Origin: Octopus sinensis
Taxonomy: Eukaryota
NCBI RefSeq assembly: GCF_006345805.1
Contig: NC_042998.1
Coordinates: forward strand, 73,470,001 to 73,534,000
DNA: 64,000 nt
Reading direction: 5' to 3'
Shown: positions 12,983 to 25,400 of the stretch, piece after piece
Layout of the letters: every line of letters starts with the position of its first letter
How positions within the stretch are numbered: the stretch's first letter is position 1
The notes under the pieces: generated by a model
Seen by the model: only the letters and a program-made list of their open reading frames with translations
Told to the model about the DNA's origin: nothing
Databases searched by the model: none
Made by a program: the position numbers and the translations under genes

Positions 12983-14699
12983 GGTTCACCACATGGACAT
13001 TTGCATGTATTTCTAGGAAAATATAAACACATGAACACGTTAACAGACTGCTGAACCCAGACAAGAAAAAAAAATACACACACACACACACGCACACGCG
13101 CGCACACACTCACACATGCACACACATACGTACACTAAGGTACCTGCGTATTAACTATATTTACAATTCTATACATATATTCTTGCACACATATTTTCCC
13201 ACACACTTACTGCAACAGTAAAACACGAACTGTACATCCTATTAAAACAGGTATACAGACATATGTATGTCTGTGTCTGTATGTTTGTCTGTGTTAGTGT
13301 CTGTGTGCGCCTCTGTATGTGTGTGTGTGTCTGTATATGTGTGTGTGTCCGTCTAGTGTATCTGTCTGTGTGTATGTGCCTCTATGTTTGTGTGTCTGTG
13401 TCTGTCTGTGTTTGTGTGCCAGTGTATGTCTATCTCTGTGTGTGAATGCGTGTGTGTATGCCTGCGAGTCTGTGTAGGTTAAAGACAGCATGAAGTTAAC
13501 AAGAGAAAGAAGGAAAACAAAGGAATTAGCAATAAAACAAAGATAAACAGATATACACCTGACTGAACAATTGCTTGAATGCACAGAGAAACATGCGCAT
13601 ACATACACATGAGCAACTTCACAGAAATAATCATGATGCAACTACATACACACACTATAAATATAGAGAAACACACATATGAAAAAAAAAATAATAATAT
13701 AATACATAAGCGAACGCAATGTTCCTTGAAAGATGCCAGAATGCAAAAGTATGGAAAATTAAATGTAGACGGCAGCAAGTTGTGTTTCTTGCAGTTAGTT
13801 TAACTGTAAGCACCAGTAGAACTTGTTGAATGGAACTTTCGTTTGTAGTATTTAGTTTTACTTCAATTTTTCTTCTGACGATTAGTTGTTATCGTTGTTG
13901 TTGTTGTTATTTTTGTTGTTGTTGTGTTCAATACTATATCACTACTATATCATTTGTTTTTCTTGTCGTTTTTATTGTTGTCGTAGATTATACTTTTTCA
14001 AATTTGTCCTTACAGAGTTAACCAGCATCGTTGTTGCTGCAGTTGTTGTTGATTGTAAAAATAATAATAAGGTAGGAAAAATGTTTGCTGAAGACTGAAA
14101 TGTTTTCTGTATTGAAAGTTAAAGTTTTCTTGCAATTATGTTCCATTGAATGATTTCGGTATAGCTGTATGCATGTGTGAGTGTTTGTGTGCAAGTATTT
14201 CTGAACGTATGTATGTGAGTTTGCGTGTGTGTTTGTGTGTTTGCAGGATTACAGACAAAAACAAAGAAAAAAGAAAAAAAGAAAGATTGTTATCACTTGT
14301 TTAATTTTATGTAAACAAACCTCCCAAGTTACACATAATTCTAACATTTTTTTTCAGTGCTACTCCGCCTATAGGTGTAATTTTACATTCTGACAACTAG
14401 TAAGTGTCATTAAGATGGGTTCAAACACACTTACCTGGAATTTATTGCATGCGTGATAATCTGAACTGAGAGCTGTGTGCCATTACTTTGCTTTCTGTTC
14501 AGCGTTCTCAGCTGTAAATTCATTCTGCTAGTCGTAAACAAAGAATATAACCTAGTACAACTTTTAATCATGCTTTAAAACGACAGTATATCATTTTACC
14601 TACCAAGACTTGTTCTCTAAGATTGTCTTTAATTTGTTCCGTGATACTAATCCGTTGCTTTCTCAGGATACTGTAGCAATTTGGAATTTGGTCTTATAC

Positions 14700-15300
14700 A
14701 TGACAAATGAGTAATTTAAACGGGAGAGTGGAGAAACTAACCCATAATCAATATTTATTTGGTGGCAGTTGCTCTGCTTAAGGTCATTCCTAAATGAATG
14801 ACATTTAATGACCTGTGACAGACGGACAGAAATTGTATCTTTGAGGTGATTTCGACATTCTTTAGTAATGTGTAATCTCTTGGCTGATTTTGCCCAAACA
14901 TATCTTCATTAATTCTGCAATTACCTGCTCCTTCGTGCCCCCAGAACACGTTGTCATCTCACAATGTGGATAAGGCATTTCCATATATTGCTGAATCCTG
15001 AAAGGGTCATTTCAGAGACACCATTTTCTTCAGTAGTTAATTCCAATAGAATTGTAGAAATGGTGTTTCATTCCAAAGTTTTACACGTTGTGTTGACCTG
15101 GCATTGGTCGCTGTGTAATTTGTTGTATACTGTAATAACCCTTTTCTCTGGGACTTATAAATCAATTTGAAAGTGTAATTTGTGCAAACACTTTGTCCTA
15201 CAATACATTCTAAATGTCGGGGTTACTCAGAAAGGACAAAGAAGTAATTTAGATCAGTGATAATGGTCTCATCTGAGTATTTGTGGAATTTAGTGAAAAC
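14700..15300 (-). pseudogene. Possible decayed Crypton-like tyrosine recombinase
   Basis: Frameshifted pieces DDNVFWGHEGAG / IAELMKI..ISQEITHY*R / SVTGH resemble the ...G.N.I..LMK.I...LS..YTNHSLR...I..VTGH tail of Crypton/DUF3504 recombinases. Alignment by eye only. Confidence 0.35.
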
Positions 15301-16985
15301 GAGAAAATGTTTGTTTTTTTACGATTGTGCTCAATGATTCTTGATCTACCCATGATAGATTTATATTTGAATACAGTTAGCATGTTAACATACCAGCCTT
15401 ATGTGATAATTGTCCAAACGGTAAATACAAGTGAAAAATATGTCTGCGATTAGTGACGGCTTTTAAAGAATTTCTATAATGAACAGGTGTAAACATATCG
15501 ATTATTAATACTAAGCTTATGATACTTTACTCAGTTATGATGGAATTTCTATTTTTACACTTGTTCCGGGAAAAAGTGTCCAACCATATATTTTTTTTAC
15601 CATATTTATCAATTCCTCTGCAAAATATAATCAACATTTTAATACTAATAAAGATTTGTACCATAAGTGGAAGGTGAATTCAATACAAGGGAAAGTATTT
15701 TGTAAAGTTGGATACTGAAGATTTGATTAATATGGCTGGCGTAATGGATTCAAATGATTTTCTCAACAAATATGTAGCTAACATTATTATTATTATTATT
15801 TGCTGTTGTTGTTGTTGTTTTCGTTGTTGCTGTTGTTGTTGTTGTTTTCGTTGTTGTTGTTGTTGCTACTACAGTTGCATCAGTAAAGGTTGTTTAGTTG
15901 TCGCCGGTGCCTAAATGCGTGTAATTGAAGTATTTCAGTAAAAGTTGGCTCTGTTGTTTTGGCTTTGCCTGAAGAATTGATCGTTGCCGTTACTCTTTTA
16001 TATGCGAGTTGTCCTGGAAACGTAACTTTTGTTGCTATGAGTATTCAAACAAATATATGTTATTATTTTGCTCTTATTACTGCTAATGTTGATTTTGTTA
16101 TTGTTGTTGTTGTTGTTGTTGCGACAATTGCTACTATTCCTAAAACTGTTGCTGCTGCTGCTACTGCTGCTGCTGCTGCTACTGCTGCTGCTGCTGTAAG
16201 TGATTTTTGTTTGTCGCAACCGAATCCCAATGTTACAATTCGTATTCGTTTAGTTGAAATAACCGAGAAGCCTCCATTCGAATTGATTTTAGATTTTAAA
16301 CTTATGGGAAAACTTAGCTGTAAGTACAGTGCCCTTCGGATAAGATAAGTTTAACTATTTATATACTGTGCAATGTAGTCCAACGTGGGAAACACAGTTG
16401 CATTGGAAACTAAATCAATTTTCCCAATACTTTGCCAATTTTGCTATATATTACGAACAATGGAATAACTGTGATGTAGTAGAGACAGTAAAGTGTCGAA
16501 TTCTACGTTGTATTCCATTCATTTTCCTTCCACATATTTCTTCGAAGTTATATTTTCTGAGATCAATGAAAAAATAAACACCTGTTATAAACAGCACTTT
16601 ATTAAATCGACAATATTTCTTCTCTGAGTTCATATTTTCCTGTATGAAATTATTATTATCACTACAAAGCATCGGTGACATATGAAAGAGACAATAACAA
16701 TTATATTGTTGATAATGAAGAAATAAGTTAGACATTATAGATAGCTATTCAATGTTGAAATACTTGTTCACATGATTCTATCAAAACTAATATCTTTCAG
16801 CACAAAATATATTTGCTATTCAAGGCATTATAACTCGCAATGTTGCTCTAAATATGACATATTTCAAAGTTTGTCTCACTTTAGCATACTTATTACATAA
16901 TATATTGCATTCCTGCTCTTTGAGCAAACTCATAAACAAAAACAACGGCAAAAAAATACTGCACAAAACCAGTGAAGTATACAGT

Positions 16986-17040
<55 letters not shown>

Positions 17041-17219
17041 CTCACTCTCTTTCGTTCCTCTCCTTCACCTCTCAATCTTTCTCTTCTATTCCCTCTACTT
17101 CCTACACGTCTAAACGGTTTTACAGTTATATTTAAAGTAGATGTTATTCAGTCTCTCATTGTATGTATGTTTATGCTATGAATATATATATATATATATG
17201 CATGTACATGTGTGAAAGC

Positions 17220-17261
<42 letters not shown>

Positions 17262-18145
17262 GTGAGCGTATTTTTGTGTGTCTGTTTTTGTATTATTTTA
17301 GGTATTTTCTACCCTACGCTACTGTATCATATCTCAAAGGCAGTAACGTGGGGGAGATTTCGCTGCTATATTTAGTACGTTCACTGATCACATACAAACA
17401 CCCTAATTGCGCAAATCAGTGGTGATATAATGTTGTTAGAACCCATTTCTGAAGGAAGTTATCGATCAATTCGAAGAAGAAGGTAAAAATAGGTCATTAA
17501 CGAGAAATCGGAAGTAAACTGATCAAAATTCAGTCTCCAAGGTGAGAAATCAAGAATCACAATGGTTGTTCATTGTAGATTAAAGCAAGTGTGCATGTAC
17601 ACACTTACATACACGTATATCTGAATACGTATATCTCTGCACAATGATATGCATGCGTATGTATATGTGTGTGTTTGTATGTTTGAGCGGTGGTAATCGA
17701 TCTACCAATCGAACCAAAGATGCTAGTCTTTCATTGATGTTATTTCCATTGCCAGAGGTATTCTTTTCTTCTTAAATCCTTACACAAATGTTAAAGTTCA
17801 TTTTCATGGCTTTCAACTTGGAGGCGTATATATTTGGAAAACACATATACCTTAAGCCTTTAATGATCTTATCAACCCACTGATCTGAACTTTACTTTAA
17901 TTTTCGCACGTGAAAGGATGGCAGAAAATGTTGAAATCAATGCGATATGTACTCATTACGAAGAGAGTTGAAACATATGCAGTTTTCCCTCGTTTCCACA
18001 GTAGATTGCTTTCGTGGGACCTGCACAAATTGAAATCGTGGACAATGAGAAAAAAAAGCTTTTAGTAGTATTACAGAGAAGAAAGACACAAAATTTAAAA
18101 GAGTGTTCGTTGAAGCAGGGAATATAAATGCGTGTACAAGAAAGT

Positions 18146-18229
<84 letters not shown>

Positions 18230-18232
18230 GTA

Positions 18233-18234
18233 GG

Positions 18235-18306
<72 letters not shown>
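18233..18306. repeat. (GATA)n microsatellite following (TA)n/(GA)n
   Basis: Direct reading. Confidence 0.95.
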
Positions 18307-18307
<1 letters not shown>

Positions 18308-18398
18308 TGGGCAAGTGTCTTCTACTATAGATCCGTGTCGACCAAAGCCTTGTGAGTGGATTTGCTAGACGGAAACTGAAAGAAGCCCGTCGTATATG
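18308..18398 (+). mobile_element. SINE family B fragment (CORE-like, internal microsatellite type)
   Basis: tgggcaagtgtcttctactatag...gaccaaagccttgtgagtggattt...gaaagaagcccgtcgtatat; reverse copies occur at 45.7 and 47.8 kb. Confidence 0.85.
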
Positions 18399-18770
18399 TA
18401 CATATATGTGTGTGTACCTGTCTATGGGTGTGTGTATGAGTATCGTTTTAATATTGGGATTTATCTTCCAACCAAAAACAATATAGCTTTTGCCATTGTT
18501 TCTATATTACTACTATGTATAAACGATGTTTTTTTTTTCCTTTTTAATCCCTTAAAATGATTATACTGACTCTACCTCCTTTCTTCATTTCTTCTAAATT
18601 TCTCAAATAATTTTTATGAAATTCTTTTTTATGAATTTTCTGTTCCACACTTTCTATTTTATTTTTATATTTCAGGATGGTCATTCCTCACCTACCTCTA
18701 CGCCAATAAACACTCGAACTATATATTAGTTATTCACTTAAAATCTATTACTGTTCTTACTTGAGTGTCT

Positions 18771-18820
18771 TTTGTTTGAAATTTTTCGTCGCACATCCTG
18801 TGACCTCTTCAGTGTTTCCC
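18771..18820 (-). ncRNA. Degenerate HHR-like motif
   Basis: CUGAAGA-G-GUCACA-gga-UGUG(CG)AC-GAAA-AAUUU-C. Core and palindromic stem III are intact but stem I does not pair. Confidence 0.35.
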
Positions 18821-19152
18821 CGTCCATCGTATTCTTTTTCTATTTTGAAGCCGATTTCATATTGTAATTTTCATATCCCAAAATAAATCTTTTCTCACTT
18901 TGAAAACACATCATGAGTTCCGAAATTATTTAACTGAATAGAACAGAACGTTTTAATTTTCATTGCTAAGATTCAGAGGCGGGTCGGGCATAACCCCCAC
19001 TTCCTGCTACACCCACGGGTCTTGTACTGATACTTTACACATCGCCAGCATTCTTTCTATCCAATGATTGATATCGTCGCTCCACCTTCATCAAACCGTC
19101 CCCAAGTGAAAATGTGCAAACCTAAACAATGTATGAAGCGACGTGCACTTGC

Positions 19153-19232
<80 letters not shown>

Positions 19233-19546
19233 TGTATGTATGTAGTTGTGTGTGTCACTGCGTGTATGTGTGTGTCACTGCGTGTGTGTGTGTGACGCTG
19301 CGTGTGTGTGTGTGGTGCTGCGTGTGTGTGTGCGTGCGTATGCATGTGTGCATGTCTCTGTGCGTGTATGTGTACGTGTGTATGAGAATATACAATTAAA
19401 ACTGTCTTCTTTGGTTACGGAGTTAGTCACAATCAGCACTCTATGCATTGTATTTGGAGCTACAACTTTATTTAGCTAAATTAGGCACTTACAAGAACAC
19501 ATTTCATCTAATAACAAATTTACAAAAGAGCGGTGTCGAAGATGTC

Positions 19547-19745
19547 GTACGAGGGGGTGCTGACTAGGTCTTGGCTTTGGGTAAAAGAAAATACAAGGGG
19601 ACTTATTAATTATGAGTTAACTCAGCATATTTCCCTCTCGGATTCACACACTTATTGCAGTGTTCCTTTATTTTTTTCTAAGCTCTTTCAAGAACTTGGA
19701 ATGTTGAACCTCCAGCCTGACCTTTTACGAGACCCTTAAAGCAAG
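19547..19745. mobile_element. Mariner-type MITE remnant
   Basis: Starts TAcgagggggtgctga, a mariner-like TIR start also seen at 43895. The right end is degenerate. Confidence 0.4.
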
Positions 19746-20309
19746 GGACTTTTTATCACGCTCTCATATAATGTAAAGTTTCCAAATAAATGAAGCAAAA
19801 TTACAAATGTGACCATTTAAAAACCGTACTTCCAAAAAAATAAAAACGAGGAGTATATGTTTAAAAGCTACGTTACCATATAAGAAATAAATTGAAGGAA
19901 GTATACTGGTACCATAACGTGGGTCATGACGAAATCTAAGAGATTAACTCAATACATATGAAAACAAATTTAATCTGTTTAGAAACAAACTAAAGAATTT
20001 TTGTCAAAAACAGAAAAGTAACTTGTTTGGGTAACATGCTAATAAAGAAACCAGACTAATTAATTGAATATAAATAAAAGATATTAAAATCAAGTATTAT
20101 GTCTATGGTAATTGTAAACGTGAAAAGTATCTTTCAAATAGATATGGTACAGTGTATATAAGGATAGATATGTTACAATGAAATTATACAATCGGTGATA
20201 AAGATATTTTGTTATTGAAAACCGATACTTGAAGAAAAATGTAAATCAAATGATAAAACAATGTTATTTCTCAAATTTGAGGAATAAAAGTGAATAATTT
20301 AATAATTTA

Positions 20310-20660
20310 AAATATCGATTGTCATGCAGTGGTACACATGGAAGATATTTGCTGCCACCAACTTTGGCAATGAGAACCATGAACTGGACACTGGTAGACA
20401 GTACCAAATTTACCATTTTCCGCAGATATTGTAATAGCTTAGGATTCAAAGGAACAAGGATTTTTGTCATAGCTTCTTCGAAAACAAACAAAAATGTGAG
20501 GCCTATATGAATTGAGTACAATAGTATCCAAGAAACATCAGGACATTTTGATACCTGAGATCTCTGAGGAAATAACACAACACTAAGAAATACAGCTGAA
20601 GGCAGCTGTATTGAACTTCCGTCCCCAAGGCCCAAATACAGAAGGAAGCCTGTAAAAACA
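20310..20660 (+). mobile_element. Decayed CR1/L2-like LINE 3' fragment (family of 51.3 kb)
   Basis: YCNSLGFKG matches FCNSLGFKGPQLFN in the 51462 ORF. Confidence 0.6.
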
Positions 20661-23149
20661 TTAAAGTACTATGGTACTTAACACTACCATGCCCCAATGG
20701 TAAAGTTTGTAAATTGTAAAAGAGTCAACGATGAGTGATGTAAATATTGAGTAGGGTTTAGAAAGGCTGGGGAAAATAATTGTGGGTAGGGTAAGAAAGG
20801 AAATTATTATTGTAAGAAAGGAAATTTTTAATTTAAACATTAAGAAGGATTTTACATTAACTACGGGTAGTTACATCAGTATGCTACACTCAGTATGTGG
20901 TGTATTTTAAAGCGAAAGTAGGGTGACAGTTAGATAAAACAATAATTAATATAGAAAAGTTATCAGAAAAAATTTTATAATTTTATTGTAGTTTTGTTCT
21001 TGATTTGCTCTTTCACGTAGTCATCTGTGTTGTTGTTGATGTTTTTCGCTGGTTTGGTGAATCCTTCTTGAATCTGACTGAGCTGGCCTATCAGCAATAG
21101 TATTCTGGAAGTGCTTATCTTAATGTATTTTCCATTTTCATCCATTTTTTCTTCATAAATTTGGCTGCTATATCTAGAAGAGATCGCATAGATGCTTCCT
21201 TGTTTACTCGTAATGTTTGCTGATATCAAAACTGTTACGTGTTGCTGATTTAAGACAACTATAGCTGCTTATCCCACATAATATTTTGTTGCCACTTCAC
21301 ATATTGGGTAAAGCTAAGATATCTTGAGAGATGTTTAACGATGCCTAGCAGTTGCAGCTGAAGGCAAAAGCTGAAATAGTATTGATTCAAATTGGTATAT
21401 ATAAAACAGGTTTGAGGAAGAGATAGTGTACTAAACATGCGGTGAAAGATTAGTTAAATATCCCAGTTTAATTGGACAGCATGCATGTCGATTTCAAGTA
21501 GCTTAAAGCTGGTTGTTGGATGGGAGAATTCAGATCGTAGAAAGCGAAAGCGCTTTGACTGACTAGTTAGCTTAGATTTATTCCCGACAACTCTTATTTT
21601 GAGATAAATTCTCATGGCTTCTGAGTTCTGATGTTTCTGACAGTACAAAGAGATACATAATTACTTTGTAACTTTCTTCAAACACTTCGTACTATGCCGA
21701 CCTGATTTATGAGGAAATAAATCCTCCTTGTTTTATTTTTTCCTTTCTTTACTTCTTTCCCCACTTCTCTGTATTTTACTTCTTATCTTACATCAAATCA
21801 CTCAACTTACAACGCACTTCATGGCTGCATACATTTGTGTATCGCTGCAGATGTATATATTTATGTCATTTCGTGTGTGTGTGCGCGCGTATATTTGTAT
21901 ATTGGTGCATAAGAATTTATACAAATATACATAGAAATTTTTACCGACTAATATATATATGCATGCATATATGTATGTATGTATATATGTATGTATGTAT
22001 GTATGTATGTACGTATGTATGTATGTATGTATGTATGTACGGATGGATATGTATATGCATATACATGCAAATATATATATATATATAAAAAGGAGAGAGA
22101 GAAAGAAAAAGTGAGGTACATATATGCGTATTCGTATAACTATTTCCCTATTTAAAAATGTGCTTGTGTGTATATGTGTGTGTGTTTGTGTGTATGTCTT
22201 TGTATCTGTGCGTGTGTGTGTGTCTGTACAGACACATATTGTGTATACAAAGTCAGGGAGTGGAGAAAGTGAACGAGGAAAACAGAGAAGGAAGACAGAT
22301 TTATAAGGAAGGAAATAAATAAAAAGAGAGCTGTATGTGGGGATATAACTATATGATTTTGCATATCTGCCTCTGCTTCTGAAAATTTGTGTTGGCGAAA
22401 TATCAGTTTGTTTTATAGCTTTTAGAAAGAAAATGGAAGCTTTAAAAATCTGAAATTCTGCCCTTACTATAAAACAATTACTTAAGCAATATATTTTATG
22501 CCTATTTCAAGAATGCATAAACTTTTTTATATATATATTTCGTCATCATAGAAGTTGTGCTTTAGCTAGTATAATATTACAGTTTCAAATATTTATCTGT
22601 CTTCGAGATACCTTTGTTGATTTCACCTGTTACATTAAACATTTCTCTGCCTATTTCATCTGCAATCCTACTATCTCAATATATAGCCACCAATCACTAT
22701 CCCTTCACATCTCAACATCCACTCACTATGCACTCACACTCCGGCATCATCCACTCACAATTCACTATCACTCTGACACGACTCATTCACCATGCACTGA
22801 CGCGTCAACACCACCCACTCACTAATTACGCTGGTCAAAAAACAAAAACAAAAAAAAAAAAATTTGTAATAGTGTCATCTTTTTTAGCTAATTGAGGGCA
22901 GTGAATCTGAAAAGGACCTTACCATTTCTGCAGTACAGAAATTCCTCATTTGGGGGGAAAAGAAACATATTTTCATTTGTTTTCTGTATATTTGATATTG
23001 ATCGATGGCAATATTTCTCGAAGTAAATTCTCAATTCGTATTTAAACCAACAAATATTGGTCTGCTTATTGAGAAATACTATTTTTGAAATAACAATCAG
23101 ACACTAATCCTTAAAAATAACACGATTGAATATACCAAGACCAACAAGT

Positions 23150-24388
23150 ATTTTCATCAAATCATTAAATAAACTAACAGCAGAAATAAAACCTTCCTGA
23201 ACATAGGAACTGTGGTAAAAATTTCCTCTTTCGTGATTGTCTGTAATGTTCATTGTTATATAAGTCCCTTTTGGTACTCCAGCAGTAGTAAGCCATCATT
23301 CGTTTGTCCCACCGTCCCTGGGAGCGTTCTTCCATTATTTTGGTAGCGTTCTTCTTGCTCATTACTCCCATCGCCGCAGTTATCCGGAAATTTATCTAGA
23401 TGGCTATGTAGAAAATTAACCTTAACACTCATATTAGTGTCTATGTCCTGTAGACTTTTCAACATCATTTCCAGGGACTCCTTTTCGGCCTAGTGATTGC
23501 CTAAGAAGTTTTTCACCATGTCAACAAATAATGTCCAAGCGCGTAATTCCAAGTCATTCATTGAATTAACAAATTCATCATCCTTAATGAGTTTTCTGAT
23601 ATCAGGACCATCAAACACTTCTGCTTTGAGTTTTTTCTGAGCTAAGTCCTGGAAATGATTTACATATATACTCAAAACATTTACTTTCTTTGTCGAGTGA
23701 TTTTACATACTGTTTCATTAATCCCAGTTTGATATGCTAAGAAGAGAAGATGATTTTTTTCTTTCGGAACTAGCGCTGCTCTAATAACGTTCTTTTCACT
23801 GACCTTCAACTCTCGGGATGGCCAATCTTTCCTTTTCCAGTGCTTTTCTTTTACTCTACTGCCCCACATACACAAACAGATTTCGTGTAACCATTTTTTG
23901 TTGTCCAAGCAGGAAATTTACCATTTTCAAATCGACACATAACACCCATTTATGTTTGGTGTAGTCAATTTGTTCCATAACTTGTTTGATGGCATCATGT
24001 TTTTCTTTCATTGTTGTTGAATAACCTAGAGGTATTGGGGCATACATGTTGGTATTATAGAGCAAAACATATTTCAGACTACGTTTTGAACTATCAAGGA
24101 ACATTCTCCATTCAATAGGATCGTATACAGATACGCCAACAGAATTACATACGTAGAAACAGAAATTTACATATAAACATACATGGACAATTCGCGTATC
24201 AATTTCCTCTTTGTAAAAATTAGTGATTAGTTTGTTTCTATTTTTAGCAAGCGTCTTGAGATATATACATACATATATGTATGTATATATATATGTGCAT
24301 ATATATGTGTATATATATATATACATATATATATATATAATATATATATATGTATATATATATATATAATGTATATATATATGTATAT

Positions 24389-24446
<58 letters not shown>

Positions 24447-25200
24447 TTATGTACGCATGTATAGATACATATGCATATATATCCATATATATATACATAT
24501 ATATATATAGCGATATGCATAGCAACAACGGCAAGAATGCCTTTAGCAAAAGCATTTGCTCGCCCGTACAGATTTTTCGAGTGGCGTTAAAACAACTCAT
24601 TTTAATCTCTGCCAAAATTTTAAGCGTTTTCTTTAACTCAACAGCGATAGCTTGTCTGATTGCATACCCCACGCCACAAGAAAAAGAAAAAAATATCCAC
24701 GTGGATATTGCTTCTGAAATTCCTCTGATATTCCTCTGAAATACGCGAGTGATTTGCCTCATTCGTCTCTTTATCATAATGATTTTACCCTGTTTTGCTT
24801 GTTCATCAGCTTTCTAAAATCAATCGTCTTTGTGTAGTAACAGAAAATAAAGAAGCTGGCTACCCGCATGGTTCATGGTCTCAAAAATTTGTCCTACGAA
24901 GAAAGGCTGAGGACGCTCGACCTTTATTCTCTTGAAAAACGCCGCCGCCGTGGTGATCTCATTCTCGCCCACAACATCATAAGCGGAAAGTGTAACCTCT
25001 CGAAAGAGCTGTTCTTCACTCCTGCTCCAGAGCGTCGGCTGCGGGGTCATTCCGAAAATAAAGATTGTCAAGATGCATACAAAGTTTGTATATTGTGTGC
25101 ATGACGCAGAGAAGATATTGAAGTATCTCCAGAGAATGATTCTAAACATTTCTGATGCGACTATTTGACTGTTTTTAACAGGTTCGTGCCTACTAAACTG
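23150..25200 (-). mobile_element. Chapaev-like (CMC superfamily) DNA transposase pseudogene, interrupted by a (TA)n array and a 208-bp LINE insert
   Basis: WRMFLDSSKRSLKYVLL, WVLCVDLKMVNFLLGQQ, VFDGPDIRKL, NFLHSHLDKFPDNCG and QGRWDKRMMAYYCWS occur in collinear order across frameshifts. Confidence 0.8.
24851..25058 (+). mobile_element. 208-bp internal fragment identical to 29853-30060 of the CR1-like LINE
   Basis: Base-by-base identity. Flanked by the 11-bp direct repeat gaaaataaaga (24843-24853 and 25054-25064). Confidence 0.95.
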
Positions 25201-25361
25201 CAGAGGAGGTAAAATCAAGTAAGTAGAGTGGCCCATATATCGTGCACTGAATTAATCTTACTTCCGTTTGCAAATAGAAACACATAAAATACCATCATAT
25301 AACAGAATAAAGGTGTTTAAAATGATTACTAAAAATTTTCCTCCATGTCGGTACACACACA

Positions 25362-25400
<39 letters not shown>

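Noticed and set aside
20564-20625. CTGAGGA...GAAA followed by a 9-bp hairpin
   Set aside because: No stem II or stem I; it lies in a LINE 3' region and is probably coincidental.
20930-21650. Minus-strand protein-like stretches (ORFs 20975-21229 and 21454-21648)
   Set aside because: No recognisable motif or consistent splice signals; possibly a decayed TE ORF.
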